Assembly (NCBI GenBank): GCA_048882485.1
Contig: JBHLRP010000001.1
Span: forward strand, 96,001 to 160,000
Origin: Candidatus Thorarchaeota archaeon
Lineage (GTDB): Archaea > Asgardarchaeota > Thorarchaeia > Thorarchaeales > Thorarchaeaceae
Direction of reading: 5' to 3'
Length of the DNA: 64,000 nucleotides
The notes beneath the pieces are model-generated. The model saw nothing but the letters and a program-made list of their open reading frames with translations. It did no database searches and had not been told where the DNA came from. The position numbers and the translations under genes were made by a program. The number at the start of each line of letters is the position of its first letter. Position 1 is the first letter of the stretch. This document shows positions 1 to 9,019 of this stretch, in pieces.

Positions 1-2485
1 CATCAAATGGAGCAAGGAAGGTCACGTCGTTATTCGGAATAATATACATCTCCAAATCTCCAATATTCTGAGCTGTTCCATCAAATAGATACAGTCTAGT
101 CTCAGGGATGGGTCCAGTCCAAAATGTCATTCCGATAGCAAATTCCTCTGCACCGCCGAGGTTTCTTTCTAAGGTAGTCATTGACTTAGCTTGTACCGCA
201 GAAAAGCCCCCAGTCGGGATTGTTATTGAGCTGTAGGTGTTGATATCAGATCCATCAACAATTTCGATGAGTGAGTTTCCTCGGATGATTGTCAAGTAAC
301 TGGCTTTACCAGGTCCAGATTCTGCTCCAATTAAGAACTGAGGTCGAAGATCTGGATTGGTAGAATCCGTTAAGTTTCTCCAGGTCCATGTACCTGCACC
401 ATCCATGCGTGCCAGTGTGAAAAAGTCGTTCGTATTGAGATGATACAATTCATCTATCCCATCTCCATCTCCATCGAGAATCTCCAAGGTACGTAGACCC
501 TTCTGGAAAATCGGAGATACTGATGAATGATAAAGCCCGAAACTGCTTCCGTGTAAAACATATGCTTCTATTGTAACGTCCTTGCTTACCAGAGCGACTG
601 GATCCAGAACTGAATCGCCATCAAACATGCCGCTGGCAAGCCTGAAGTCATACCCTGATGTGAAGTCGATAGGATATGAGTTCACAAGTGCTCCTTCTGG
701 TAAGTATTTGTTCAGATATACCGTCTTTCCACTAGGATCCAATTCCAGACTGTATATCAAAGGAGTTCCATCTGAGAGATTCCCTTGCGCGATAAGATGA
801 TGTGAATAGCCTGCACTATAAATCTCTGATTTATCATGTTGCCAGGCAAGGTGGCCCGTGACTTCGAAGATAAGAGGGTGAGTCTCATTGCCCCAATATC
901 CCGTGTTATGATACACATCATTTACTGCAATGTAGTATTCGTAGTTAGCAGCTTCTAGGCCAACTAGAAACGCAAAAAACGTGTTGGCATTATCTGGTGT
1001 TTGCATTCCCCCTTGTGGCTGAGTCCACTCAGGATTTCCCTCCTTTCTGAAGAAGAATTCCGCTGATTCAACAGCAGTAGTTTCATGGACCCCCACTTCT
1101 ACTGTGATGAACTCATCAATAACCGTAGGATGAAGTGGATCAAGGGGTGCCTGTGTAACTTCCGGTGGTTCAAGTTCTGATACGAGTATGTAGAGGTCAT
1201 TGCCTGATGTGATGAAGATATCCTCCAGAACATCTTCATTGAGATCAAAGATGCGAATCGAATCTACTGTTTCAATGAGTGATTCAGTATACGCAATCTC
1301 TGCATTGCTACCGTGAATGAAACTCGGGTTCTCAGGATCAGCTATGAGGGCAACATCTGTGACTGTGTCCCGATCAATCATTCCTGTTTCAAATGATTGG
1401 GCGGTGGCATATACTCCTGGGGTTTCTCTAAAGATCTCCCAATTTGTACCGTTGATGAAAAACGCCAATCGCCAATTTGGTGTGCTCACGACAATGTCTT
1501 CCTGGCTATCACCAGTAAAATTACCAGTCTTAGCATATAGCTGACCTCCGGGAGGACCTACTCCAATCTGATAGATTTGTGCTAGATCGGTGCCTTGATA
1601 CAGAGTCAAATCCCCAAGAATATCAAGTATGGCTATGTCAGAGAAACCGCCACCATAGTCGAATCGAAGTATCCCCCTTGGAGTGGTATGCGTCATATTG
1701 AGATTGCATGTTCCATCCCCATTAACGACCCATACATGTGTATCGTTAGTCAGCACAATTTGATCCGCTGAAGGATCTGAGAATCTTCCTATAGCATTAT
1801 GGACCCTAAGATAGGTGCCCACATTGAAAGTACCAATAATGCTCCCTGTGCTGAGGTCTATTGTATGCATCGAATAATCTGGCGCCCAATTCGCTATAAA
1901 TGCCAAATCGGGTGATGTATCACCGTTAAAATCGCCTATCCCGAGCAAGGTTCCTGAGACACCTTGAAGGCCGGTCCATTCTGTCAGGGTGTCGTCATTC
2001 AAGTCCGCGATATATGGCGTCAGAGTGGTAGTGTCAAGCCGCTTCAACCCAATGAACTCGTCGTGGCCATCGTCGTCCACATCCTCAACAATGAGGTTGT
2101 TGTAAAGTGCATAAGCAGGTCCAACACTCATGTTGAAGGAAATGCCACTCAGAGGGTCCAAGAATAGAAGCAATTCATCTCCTGTATCTACGTAGGCGAA
2201 TCCAGTCAGCCCCATAGTTCTCGCAGGCGCCACGCGATATACACTGGGAGGAAGTGTAACATGCATTAGATTCTGTGGACCACCTACTGAAAGAATGCTA
2301 GCCTCTTCAGGAGTGGCATTGCTATTTACGGCAGCCATGTTTGCATCTCCTGAAATCAACGGAAACATGACCACAAATGTCAGAAAGACTATGCACATTG
2401 CTTTCACCAATTCCTTTTCAAAGCCATGTGCCTCTCTTGCTCCAGGTCTAAACCTGCTTGAATCGATTTTCAACGATTTCGCCAT
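1..2485 (-). CDS. Large secreted/surface protein with FG-GAP/VCBS-like Ca-binding repeats (beta-propeller) and an Ig-like segment; 3' end lies beyond the window edge
   Basis: Not in the ORF track because it has no stop in the window. Manual translation from ATG 2485 (in-frame TGA 6 nt upstream): MAKSLKIDSSRF...KAMCIVFLTFVVMFPLISG (signal/anchor), then EDVDDDGHDEFI, GDFNGDTSPDL, DLNEDVLEDIF, GMFDGDSVLDP, LDGDGDGIDELY. Frame spot-checked at several positions down to base 1, not codon by codon. Confidence 0.8.
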   Translation of the reverse strand, partial: MAKSLKIDSSRFRPGAREAHGFEKELVKAMCIVFLTFVVMFPLISGDANMAAVNSNATPEEASILSVGGPQNLMHVTLPPSVYRVAPARTMGLTGFAYVDTGDELLLFLDPLSGISFNMSVGPAYALYNNLIVEDVDDDGHDEFIGLKRLDTTTLTPYIADLNDDTLTEWTGLQGVSGTLLGIGDFNGDTSPDLAFIANWAPDYSMHTIDLSTGSIIGTFNVGTYLRVHNAIGRFSDPSADQIVLTNDTHVWVVNGDGTCNLNMTHTTPRGILRFDYGGGFSDIAILDILGDLTLYQGTDLAQIYQIGVGPPGGQLYAKTGNFTGDSQEDIVVSTPNWRLAFFINGTNWEIFRETPGVYATAQSFETGMIDRDTVTDVALIADPENPSFIHGSNAEIAYTESLIETVDSIRIFDLNEDVLEDIFITSGNDLYILVSELEPPEVTQAPLDPLHPTVIDEFITVEVGVHETTAVESAEFFFRKEGNPEWTQPQGGMQTPDNANTFFAFLVGLEAANYEYYIAVNDVYHNTGYWGNETHPLIFEVTGHLAWQHDKSEIYSAGYSHHLIAQGNLSDGTPLIYSLELDPSGKTVYLNKYLPEGALVNSYPIDFTSGYDFRLASGMFDGDSVLDPVALVSKDVTIEAYVLHGSSFGLYHSSVSPIFQKGLRTLEILDGDGDGIDELYHLNTNDFFTLARMDGAGTWTWRNLTDSTNPDLRPQFLIGAESGPGKASYLTIIRGNSLIEIVDGSDINTYSSITIPTGGFSAVQAKSMTTLERNLGGAEEFAIGMTFWTGPIPETRLYLFDGTAQNIGDLEMYIIPNNDVTFLAPFD

Positions 2486-2679
2486 CCTTCAAGTTGTCGC
2501 GAATCCCTGCATGATACCTAATGTCGCTAAAATCGCGTACCTCTATTTCGATGCCCATCGCCCCTTTTATTGATTCTGAGTGGTTGAGTTCCTCCCACTG
2601 AATTCCAAACATTCAAGTTGTGCTTTTCCTCGCTCGAGGCAGGGCCTAAAGCTACAATTAGGTTGAGGAGATTCAAAGA

Positions 2680-4041
2680 ATGGTTGATGACATAGCTGTG
2701 ATTGGTTGTGGTGCTGCAGGTGCCACAGCCGCGTTACAGGCCAGGAAATTCAATCGCAAAGTCGAGATTTCGGTTTTCAATGCAGAGCCTTATTCTCAAT
2801 ATTCGCGCTGTGGTTTACCCTACACCATTTCTGGCAAGGTGGGCGATTTTCTTGACCTAGTTCTCATGCCACCCGATAATTGGGGGCAGTTGAAAATTGA
2901 TTCACACCTTGGTGTAACAGTTGACAAAATCGATCATGGCGCAAGAGAACTGCATTTCAGGAATGCAGAAGGTGAGGCCAAGCGAAAGTATGATGCATTA
3001 ATCTTTGCGACAGGAGCTGAAAATGCCGATCCACCAATCAAAGGTCTGGATAAGAAGCGTGTATACGGACTCCGTACGCTTGATGATGCGAAAGCTCTTG
3101 CCTCAGAAGTTGGTAAAGCAAAGAAAGCAGTCGTAATCGGAGGTGGCCTTGTCGGGATGGAGGCAGCTGAAGCCTTTCATGAGAAAGGTCTGGATGTCAC
3201 AGTGATTGAGTTTCTCCCTCATTGTCTACTAGCCATGGTAGACCCTGATATGGCGCAAATTGTTGAGGATCACTGTAGAGAACATGGTCTCAAGATAATT
3301 ATCAACACTGCGGCGCAAGAGATTCTCGGCGATGAATCACTAACTGGCGTCGTTCTCAAAAGTCGCGAAACTAATGAGGAGTCCACAATCGATGCTGACT
3401 TCGTGGTTGTTGCTACTGGAGTTCGTCCAGTAACCAAGCTGGCTGAGAGCATAGGTGTTAAGACTGGACCTACACGCGGAATTGCGGTTGATAAAAGGAT
3501 GAAGACCAATCTTGATGATGTGTACGCCTGCGGTGACTGTGTGGAGCATCAAGAGTTCATAACAAAGACACCTATAGCTGGAGGCCTCGGAACAATTGCT
3601 GTACGTCAGGGTAGAGTTGCTGGCATAAATGCCGCAGGTGGCGATGAAAGGTTCCCTGGGATAGTTGGTGCAAAGGTGACCAAGCTCTTTGGACTGGAAG
3701 TAGCAAGCACTGGATTAACTGAGGATATGGCAAAGCGACTTGAGGTGCCAATAGTCAAGGGTTCGATAAAGGGCAGCACAAAGCCCCCCTATTTTATTGG
3801 AGGAAAAGACATCAAGGTTAAAACCTACTTCAATAAAGAAACCGGGAAATTGGTGGGAGGCCAGATGGTAGGTCTCGAGGATGCCGCAATGCGAATCAAT
3901 GTCATCACGTTGGGCATTCAACACAATATCAATTCGGTGGACCTATTTGATTTCGAAAACTGTTATGCTCCAGCGATATGCGATACATGGGATCCCATCG
4001 TCGAGTCAGCAAGTGCGGCAAGACGACGTCTCAAGGTGTGA
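2680..4041 (+). CDS. FAD-dependent pyridine nucleotide-disulfide oxidoreductase (NADH oxidase / CoA-disulfide reductase family)
   Basis: GCGAAG FAD motif, YSRCGLPY redox Cys, ATG motif, GGGLVG NAD motif, VYACGD, C-terminal YAP dimerisation motif. GAGGAG RBS upstream. Confidence 0.92.
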   Translation: MVDDIAVIGCGAAGATAALQARKFNRKVEISVFNAEPYSQYSRCGLPYTISGKVGDFLDLVLMPPDNWGQLKIDSHLGVTVDKIDHGARELHFRNAEGEAKRKYDALIFATGAENADPPIKGLDKKRVYGLRTLDDAKALASEVGKAKKAVVIGGGLVGMEAAEAFHEKGLDVTVIEFLPHCLLAMVDPDMAQIVEDHCREHGLKIIINTAAQEILGDESLTGVVLKSRETNEESTIDADFVVVATGVRPVTKLAESIGVKTGPTRGIAVDKRMKTNLDDVYACGDCVEHQEFITKTPIAGGLGTIAVRQGRVAGINAAGGDERFPGIVGAKVTKLFGLEVASTGLTEDMAKRLEVPIVKGSIKGSTKPPYFIGGKDIKVKTYFNKETGKLVGGQMVGLEDAAMRINVITLGIQHNINSVDLFDFENCYAPAICDTWDPIVESASAARRRLKV

Positions 4042-4483
4042 TGAGATCAATATTCTCGAAGGCGTATTGAAATGAACTAACCTGAGTCGGGGAGCTAGAG
4101 ACTACCACAACTTCCCTGACCTTGCTGGCCCATTTCGAATGGGCATAGATCGCCTTCGCGATCTCTTCTGCTACCTCCCAGCTAGGCACTCTAGCAACCT
4201 CTAGACCTAGCGTATAGAAACCAACGGATGAAATTTCCTGCTTTTCAGCACTTTCAAGGGCCCTTTTGGATGACGCATAGATTGCTTGTCTCCGATTTTC
4301 GCTAGCGATAGTGAGTTCCGGCCAGAATTCTATATTATCCGAGGTTGATACTTCATGAATAGTGAAACCCAATCTGTCAGTCGATCCGATTGATTTCGAC
4401 TTAACTGTCAGTTTGATATTGTCATCATTGTACGGTCCGAGGTGCACTCCAATCTTGATTGATCCGAAAGACCAAGCTATCAT
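4031..4483 (-). CDS. Degenerate macro-domain-like protein
   Basis: The C-terminal half (ALESAEKQEISSVGFYTLG...EVAEEIAKAI...KVREVVVV) parallels the C-terminal half of the adjacent macro domain. NAAN and GGGV are absent. ATGA overlap with the upstream macro gene. Confidence 0.6.
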   Translation of the reverse strand: MIAWSFGSIKIGVHLGPYNDDNIKLTVKSKSIGSTDRLGFTIHEVSTSDNIEFWPELTIASENRRQAIYASSKRALESAEKQEISSVGFYTLGLEVARVPSWEVAEEIAKAIYAHSKWASKVREVVVVSSSPTQVSSFQYAFENIDLITP

Positions 4484-5043
4484 TCGTCTTCCCTCAATAC
4501 ATCAACCATCACTTGGTCAATGAATGCCTCTTCAACAGCCTTGTCGAAGTGGTCGCACATTTCCTTGTTGAGTCCGACCAGAAGTATCCTGTTGACTGAG
4601 CGACTTGCTCGGGTATATTCAGCAATGGCGTCGGCTATGGCCTTGGCTGATTCCTCTTCTGATAGTCCTCCAATTCCAGCTCCAATTGCAGGCAGGGCTA
4701 TTTCTTCCAATCCGTGCTCGCTGGCAATATCCAATGCTGTTGCGACGGACGACCGAACATTCCAAAATGTTGCGCTTCCTCCAGGAGGCATTCCAGCACA
4801 ATGTATGACATACCTTGCAGGAAGTTTGCCTCCTGTGGTCATCACTGCCTCGCCAGGCTTTATCGGGCCTAGTGAGAGTGCTTCCTCCTCAATTTCACTG
4901 CCGCCTTTTGCCTTGATAGCGCCTGCGACGCCGCCGCCCATCCATAGATCCGAGTTTGCAGCATTTATGATGGCATCGACTCCCAACTCGGTAATGTCAC
5001 CATGGTGGGTTCGAATCAGAACACCGCCCACTGTCCTCTCCAT
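4480..5043 (-). CDS. Macro domain protein (ADP-ribose binding / O-acetyl-ADP-ribose deacetylase family)
   Basis: GDIT, DAIINAAN, GGGVAGAI, YVIH, ALPAIGAGIGG. GGAGG RBS. Confidence 0.95.
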   Translation of the reverse strand: MERTVGGVLIRTHHGDITELGVDAIINAANSDLWMGGGVAGAIKAKGGSEIEEEALSLGPIKPGEAVMTTGGKLPARYVIHCAGMPPGGSATFWNVRSSVATALDIASEHGLEEIALPAIGAGIGGLSEEESAKAIADAIAEYTRASRSVNRILLVGLNKEMCDHFDKAVEEAFIDQVMVDVLREDE

Positions 5044-5104
5044 CGATGAAGCCTCCTGTCTTCACAGTCCTCCCTAATAGAACACCAATCCACAAAAGTA
5101 TGTC

Positions 5105-5734
5105 GTGTCATCACAATCCTTTTTGGTAGCAGTCATTTCTCACATCTGGGCGAGAAATCTGAAGGACATAGACCCCAAAGATGAAGCGGATATTATTGCC
5201 AGATACGGTGAGCCAAAGAAGACTCATTTCACTGCTGATTTCCAGCAATTTGAATGCGATTTGGTGAAGCAGAGTACCTCAAAAGGAAGATTCCATGACA
5301 TAACATGTTTCATTCGAACTGGGGAGAAGTATGTCGGTATACAGAAGCATGCCTATTCGGAAACTGGAATATACCGTGCACCCTCGGGCGGTGCCAATAT
5401 GGGTGAGCCTCTTGAGGCAGCTGCAAAAAGAGAGATGTACGAGGAAACAGGTTTCAAGATTCGTCTGATTCGATATGTATTGGATTCTCGTCTGGATGTT
5501 GTCTGTGAAGATGGCACAATCCCTTGGCGTTCACTAGTGTTTCTTGCAGAGATTGAAGGAGGAGAAATGAATGCCGTCGACACACATGAGATCTATGAGG
5601 TCAAGACGGTCACTCGTGAGGAGATGCTCGGCCCCATATGCAAGCTTATGGAGGACTCAGGCTGGGGCGGTTTCCTCTATCGTGCTCATCTAACAAGAAG
5701 GTTCTTTGAGCAAATCGACGTGCTAGGAATTTGA
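5105..5734 (+). CDS. Nudix hydrolase
   Basis: Nudix box GGANMGEPLEAAAKREMYEETG. Start codon uncertain. Confidence 0.9.
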   Translation: MSSQSFLVAVISHIWARNLKDIDPKDEADIIARYGEPKKTHFTADFQQFECDLVKQSTSKGRFHDITCFIRTGEKYVGIQKHAYSETGIYRAPSGGANMGEPLEAAAKREMYEETGFKIRLIRYVLDSRLDVVCEDGTIPWRSLVFLAEIEGGEMNAVDTHEIYEVKTVTREEMLGPICKLMEDSGWGGFLYRAHLTRRFFEQIDVLGI

Positions 5735-5754
5735 CATGACTATCCTATTTCTAT

Positions 5755-5789
5755 AAAAAAGAAAAGGCTGGCTGCAGTCTTCTGCAGCC
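5755..5789 (-). terminator. Hairpin plus U-tract terminator of the tfb pair
   Basis: Perfect GGCTGCAG-N4-CTGCAGCC (5770-5789), followed on the minus strand by TTTTCTTTTTT. Confidence 0.65.
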
Positions 5790-5797
5790 CTGGTACT

Positions 5798-6802
5798 TCA
5801 CGGAGCCATTGATATCTTGAGTCGTGAAACCAGCTCCTTGTACCTGTTCCGAATTGTGACCTCTGTAACACTTGCTGCCAGAGCTATTTGACGCTGCGTC
5901 ACTCTATTATCAGTGAGTATTGATGCGATGTAAATCGCTGCTGCAGCTAGTCCTCTTGGGTCTCTGCCGGTGATAAGACCCCCAGCAGCTTTTGCTTCGT
6001 CTAGCAGTTCAAGTGCCTTGCTCTGAACCTCGCCTGGCAGGCCAAGATCTGAGATGAACCTAGGTATGTAGTTCGCCGGTTCTGAAACTGGCATTCTCAG
6101 GCCGAGCTTGGTCACTAAAAGCCTGTAGCTGGCGCCCATCTTCTTCTTGTGGACTCTACTGTACTCCGATATCTCTTCAAGAGATCTCGGTGACTTTCTG
6201 AGTCTACAAGCAGCATAGATGGCGGCTCCCACCATTGCATCAATTGAACGGCTCTTGACATATCGCCCTAGGATGAGTTTCCTATACAATGTCGCTGCCA
6301 GTTCCTTGATGTTCTTTGTCAGTCCCATTTGGGATGCAAGCCTATCAAGCTCTGTCATTGCCTGTGCCAAGTTGCGCTCTAATGAGCTATGAACTCGGGT
6401 TCGTCTCTGCCACTTCCTGAGCCTGTAGATTTGGGCTCTCTGTGACGCAGTAAATCGTCTTCCACTGGAGTCATGATCTCTCCAGTCAATCATCGTTGAC
6501 AGACCCTTGTCATGAATAGCAATACTCGCAGGAGCTCCGGTCCTCGATCGGGAGTCCCGTTCCTGTGAAGTAAAGGCCCTCCATTCAGGACCAGTGTCTA
6601 TTCTATGATCTGACAGTACTAGACCACACTGGGTACAGACTGTTTCTCCATTCTCCCAAATTGACTCCTTACTGCCACAGTCCGGGCAGATGGAATCGAC
6701 TATGCTTTCAACCTTTGCATCGTTTGCATTATTACTCTGTGTAGTTCTGGATGCTATCTTTTTCTCCCTCCTCAGGGAAACGGTGTTGGGAATGAATCCC
6801 AC
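5798..6802 (-). CDS. tfb: Transcription initiation factor IIB, paralog 2 (start uncertain: GTG 6802 or ATA 6757)
   Basis: Zn ribbon CPDC...CTQC, IDTGPEWRAF, HDKGLST, two cyclin repeats, VTEVTIRNRYKEL helix-turn-helix. Confidence 0.95.
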   Translation of the reverse strand: MGFIPNTVSLRREKKIASRTTQSNNANDAKVESIVDSICPDCGSKESIWENGETVCTQCGLVLSDHRIDTGPEWRAFTSQERDSRSRTGAPASIAIHDKGLSTMIDWRDHDSSGRRFTASQRAQIYRLRKWQRRTRVHSSLERNLAQAMTELDRLASQMGLTKNIKELAATLYRKLILGRYVKSRSIDAMVGAAIYAACRLRKSPRSLEEISEYSRVHKKKMGASYRLLVTKLGLRMPVSEPANYIPRFISDLGLPGEVQSKALELLDEAKAAGGLITGRDPRGLAAAAIYIASILTDNRVTQRQIALAASVTEVTIRNRYKELVSRLKISMAP

Positions 6803-6837
6803 ACCCCACTTGCGTGCTTATGCGCGGATTCCGTAGA

Positions 6838-7779
6838 TCACGGTGCCATTGTGATGTTAAGCTTGTTCACCAATTCCTTGTAGCGATTCCTAACGGTCAC
6901 CTCAGTGACGCCAGCGGCCATCGCAATATCCCGCTGAGTGACTCTGTGATCCATCAGTATCGACGCGATGTATATTGCAGCCGCAGCTAGCCCTCTAGGA
7001 TCGCGGCCGGTTACGAGGCTTCTCCGTTCCTTGGCCATGTCCAGTATCTCAAGCACCTTCTGCTGAACTTTGCCTGGAAGATTCAGCTGAGTGATCAGTC
7101 TTGGAACGTAGTTTGCTGGGTCGGATATCGGCATTTTGAGCTTCAATTTCTCAACCAGCAACCTGTAATGCTGTCCGATCTTCTTCTTTGAAACACGGCT
7201 GTGCCTGGAGATTTCCTCTAGGGACCTGGGTGCTTTTCTCAGTCTGCATGCGGCATATATAGACGCACCGACCATTGCATCAATCGACCTGCTCCGTGCA
7301 AGTCTCTTGACTATGAGCTTCCTATATAGAAGCGCAGCCAACTCCTTGATGCTCTTTGTGAGTCCAAGTTGTGAAGTCAGTCTGTCAAGCTCAGACATTG
7401 CCTGAGCGAGATTCCTGTCTACTGAGCTATGAACTCGAGTTCTGATCTGCCACTTTCGTAGCCTGTAGAACTTTGAGCGCTGTTGCGCTGTGAAACGCTT
7501 CCCCTGTGAGTCGTGATCTCTCCAGTCCATCATCGTTGAGAGACCCTTGTCATGAATTGCGTATGAGCTAGGTGCGCCCGCTCTTGACCGAGCATCTTTC
7601 TCATCCGCTGTGAATGCTCTCCATTCAGGACCAGTGTCAATTCGGTGGTCGCTGATTACAAGACCACAGGTGGCGCAGATTCTTTCTCCCTTTTCTAGAT
7701 CCTGCACAATCTCATGTCCCCCACAATCTGGACATGTAAAGCCTGTGCCTGTTGCTCCTGCTCCTTTTCTTGATGACAT
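6838..7779 (-). CDS. tfb: Transcription initiation factor IIB, paralog 1 (alternative upstream TTG start at 7854)
   Basis: CPDC...CATC, IDTGPEWRAF, HDKGLST, VTEVTVRNRYKEL. ATG 7779 is preceded by GGAGAGGT. Confidence 0.96.
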   Translation of the reverse strand: MSSRKGAGATGTGFTCPDCGGHEIVQDLEKGERICATCGLVISDHRIDTGPEWRAFTADEKDARSRAGAPSSYAIHDKGLSTMMDWRDHDSQGKRFTAQQRSKFYRLRKWQIRTRVHSSVDRNLAQAMSELDRLTSQLGLTKSIKELAALLYRKLIVKRLARSRSIDAMVGASIYAACRLRKAPRSLEEISRHSRVSKKKIGQHYRLLVEKLKLKMPISDPANYVPRLITQLNLPGKVQQKVLEILDMAKERRSLVTGRDPRGLAAAAIYIASILMDHRVTQRDIAMAAGVTEVTVRNRYKELVNKLNITMAP

Positions 7780-7914
7780 GATGGATCGACCTCTCCTCTC
7801 ACCCTGGGATTGGATTACGAAAGGGAATGTAATCTCACCTTTCTTTGAAGTCAAAGTCGTGGTGTGGCGCTGATAAGATCAAGAAGGTGCTCAATCCCTG
7901 TAGGTGGACCCTTA

Positions 7915-7970
7915 GATTTATATACATAAACGCATTTAGCCTTATAAGTCTTTCGAACCTTTATATACCT
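7915..7970 (-). promoter_or_regulatory. TATA-rich putative promoter region of the tfb pair
   Basis: TTTATATAC occurs twice on the + strand (about 7917 and 7960) with CTTATAAG between them, upstream of tfb. Confidence 0.4.
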
Positions 7971-8185
7971 AGGTTCCACTCCCCTATTTTTCCCCCGCTA
8001 CACTGCGTATAGCTTCCTTTTGATATAAGTATTTTGACAAGTCCGTCCATTCTATTTCTGTCACCAGCCATTCCTTTTTTCGTAGGAAACATGTTATCCT
8101 CACTATAAGGTATGCAACAACACATCAGTTTCACCCAATAGAACGAGAAAAACATACTATCCTCATACATACATGTGGGAATTTC

Positions 8186-8971
8186 CTACTGAGATCTGAT
8201 TTCCGATTCGATTTCTTCTGTGGCTGAATAGAGCCGCCACTCGGCAACTAGATTATCTCGTATCTCTGCTGTCCAGAGAATGGTTTCCTTATCTTCTATC
8301 CTTGGAGCTACATGTGACCCAGTAGTCCTTCCAAGAATAGCGACACCGCTACCGCTAGTTATGACATGCTTCACATGAATCTTGTATTCGGGGTTTTCTG
8401 CGAAATAGTCATGCCACCGATCTCTCCCTTGGTAGGCATCTCCCCTGTAATCGATTAGAGTGAAGTCCTCAGTCTGAAGCGCCATCAAGCCATCAGGTTC
8501 CCCAGCATTTATAGCATCGACAAATCCGAGAGCAACTGATTTGGCCTTCTCAAGTTTCTCCATGTGCTCCCTAGTCCTCTCTCCAATGTTGGCAGCCTCT
8601 CGGATTTCATGGACATCGGAATAAATCCTCCATTCAGCTATCAGATTTTCCTGGACCTGTGCAATCCAGAGGATTTTCCAAGCTTTCTCCACCTCAGGGC
8701 CAACATGGCATCCAGTCGTCCTACCGATGATTGCCACTCCTTTTCCACTATTCGCAATGTGATCTATATGAATCTTGTATTTGGGGTTCTTCTCGAAGTA
8801 GCTATACCAATCATCTCGACCCCTAGTTATATCGCCGTCGTAGTCGATGAATATGAAGTCCTCAGCTTCATGCATCATGAGGTCTTCACCGTCTCCAGCA
8901 TTGATGCATTCCACAAACTCACGAACTGTGGATCTTGATTCTTCTCTTGCCTTGCTCATACTATTTCTCAA
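8186..8971 (-). CDS. Tandem NTF2/SnoaL-like domain protein
   Basis: Two similar halves: FV..INAG....LM....EDF..IDY.GD...GRD.W..YF..NP.YKIH....SG.GVAI.GRTTG.HV.P...ILW.A....NL.AEWR.YS. Confidence 0.85.
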   Translation of the reverse strand: MRNSMSKAREESRSTVREFVECINAGDGEDLMMHEAEDFIFIDYDGDITRGRDDWYSYFEKNPKYKIHIDHIANSGKGVAIIGRTTGCHVGPEVEKAWKILWIAQVQENLIAEWRIYSDVHEIREAANIGERTREHMEKLEKAKSVALGFVDAINAGEPDGLMALQTEDFTLIDYRGDAYQGRDRWHDYFAENPEYKIHVKHVITSGSGVAILGRTTGSHVAPRIEDKETILWTAEIRDNLVAEWRLYSATEEIESEIRSQ

Positions 8972-9019
8972 TATGATGCTCGTTCTTCTTGGAGATAAAA
9001 TGACCGACTTAGGAAATTT

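Noticed and set aside
582-2573. Four short + strand ORFs (582, 1317, 1964, 2295)
   Set aside because: They are antisense shadows of the long minus-strand FG-GAP gene.
4520-5077. 185-aa + strand ORF
   Set aside because: It is the antisense mirror of the macro-domain gene and has no motifs.
6803-6840. UGA read-through (selenocysteine) fusing the two TFBs
   Set aside because: The 35-nt gap puts the second gene in a different frame.
7961-8170. 69-aa minus-strand ORF upstream of tfb
   Set aside because: It lies in an AT-rich promoter-like region, has no RBS or recognisable motif, and is probably non-coding.
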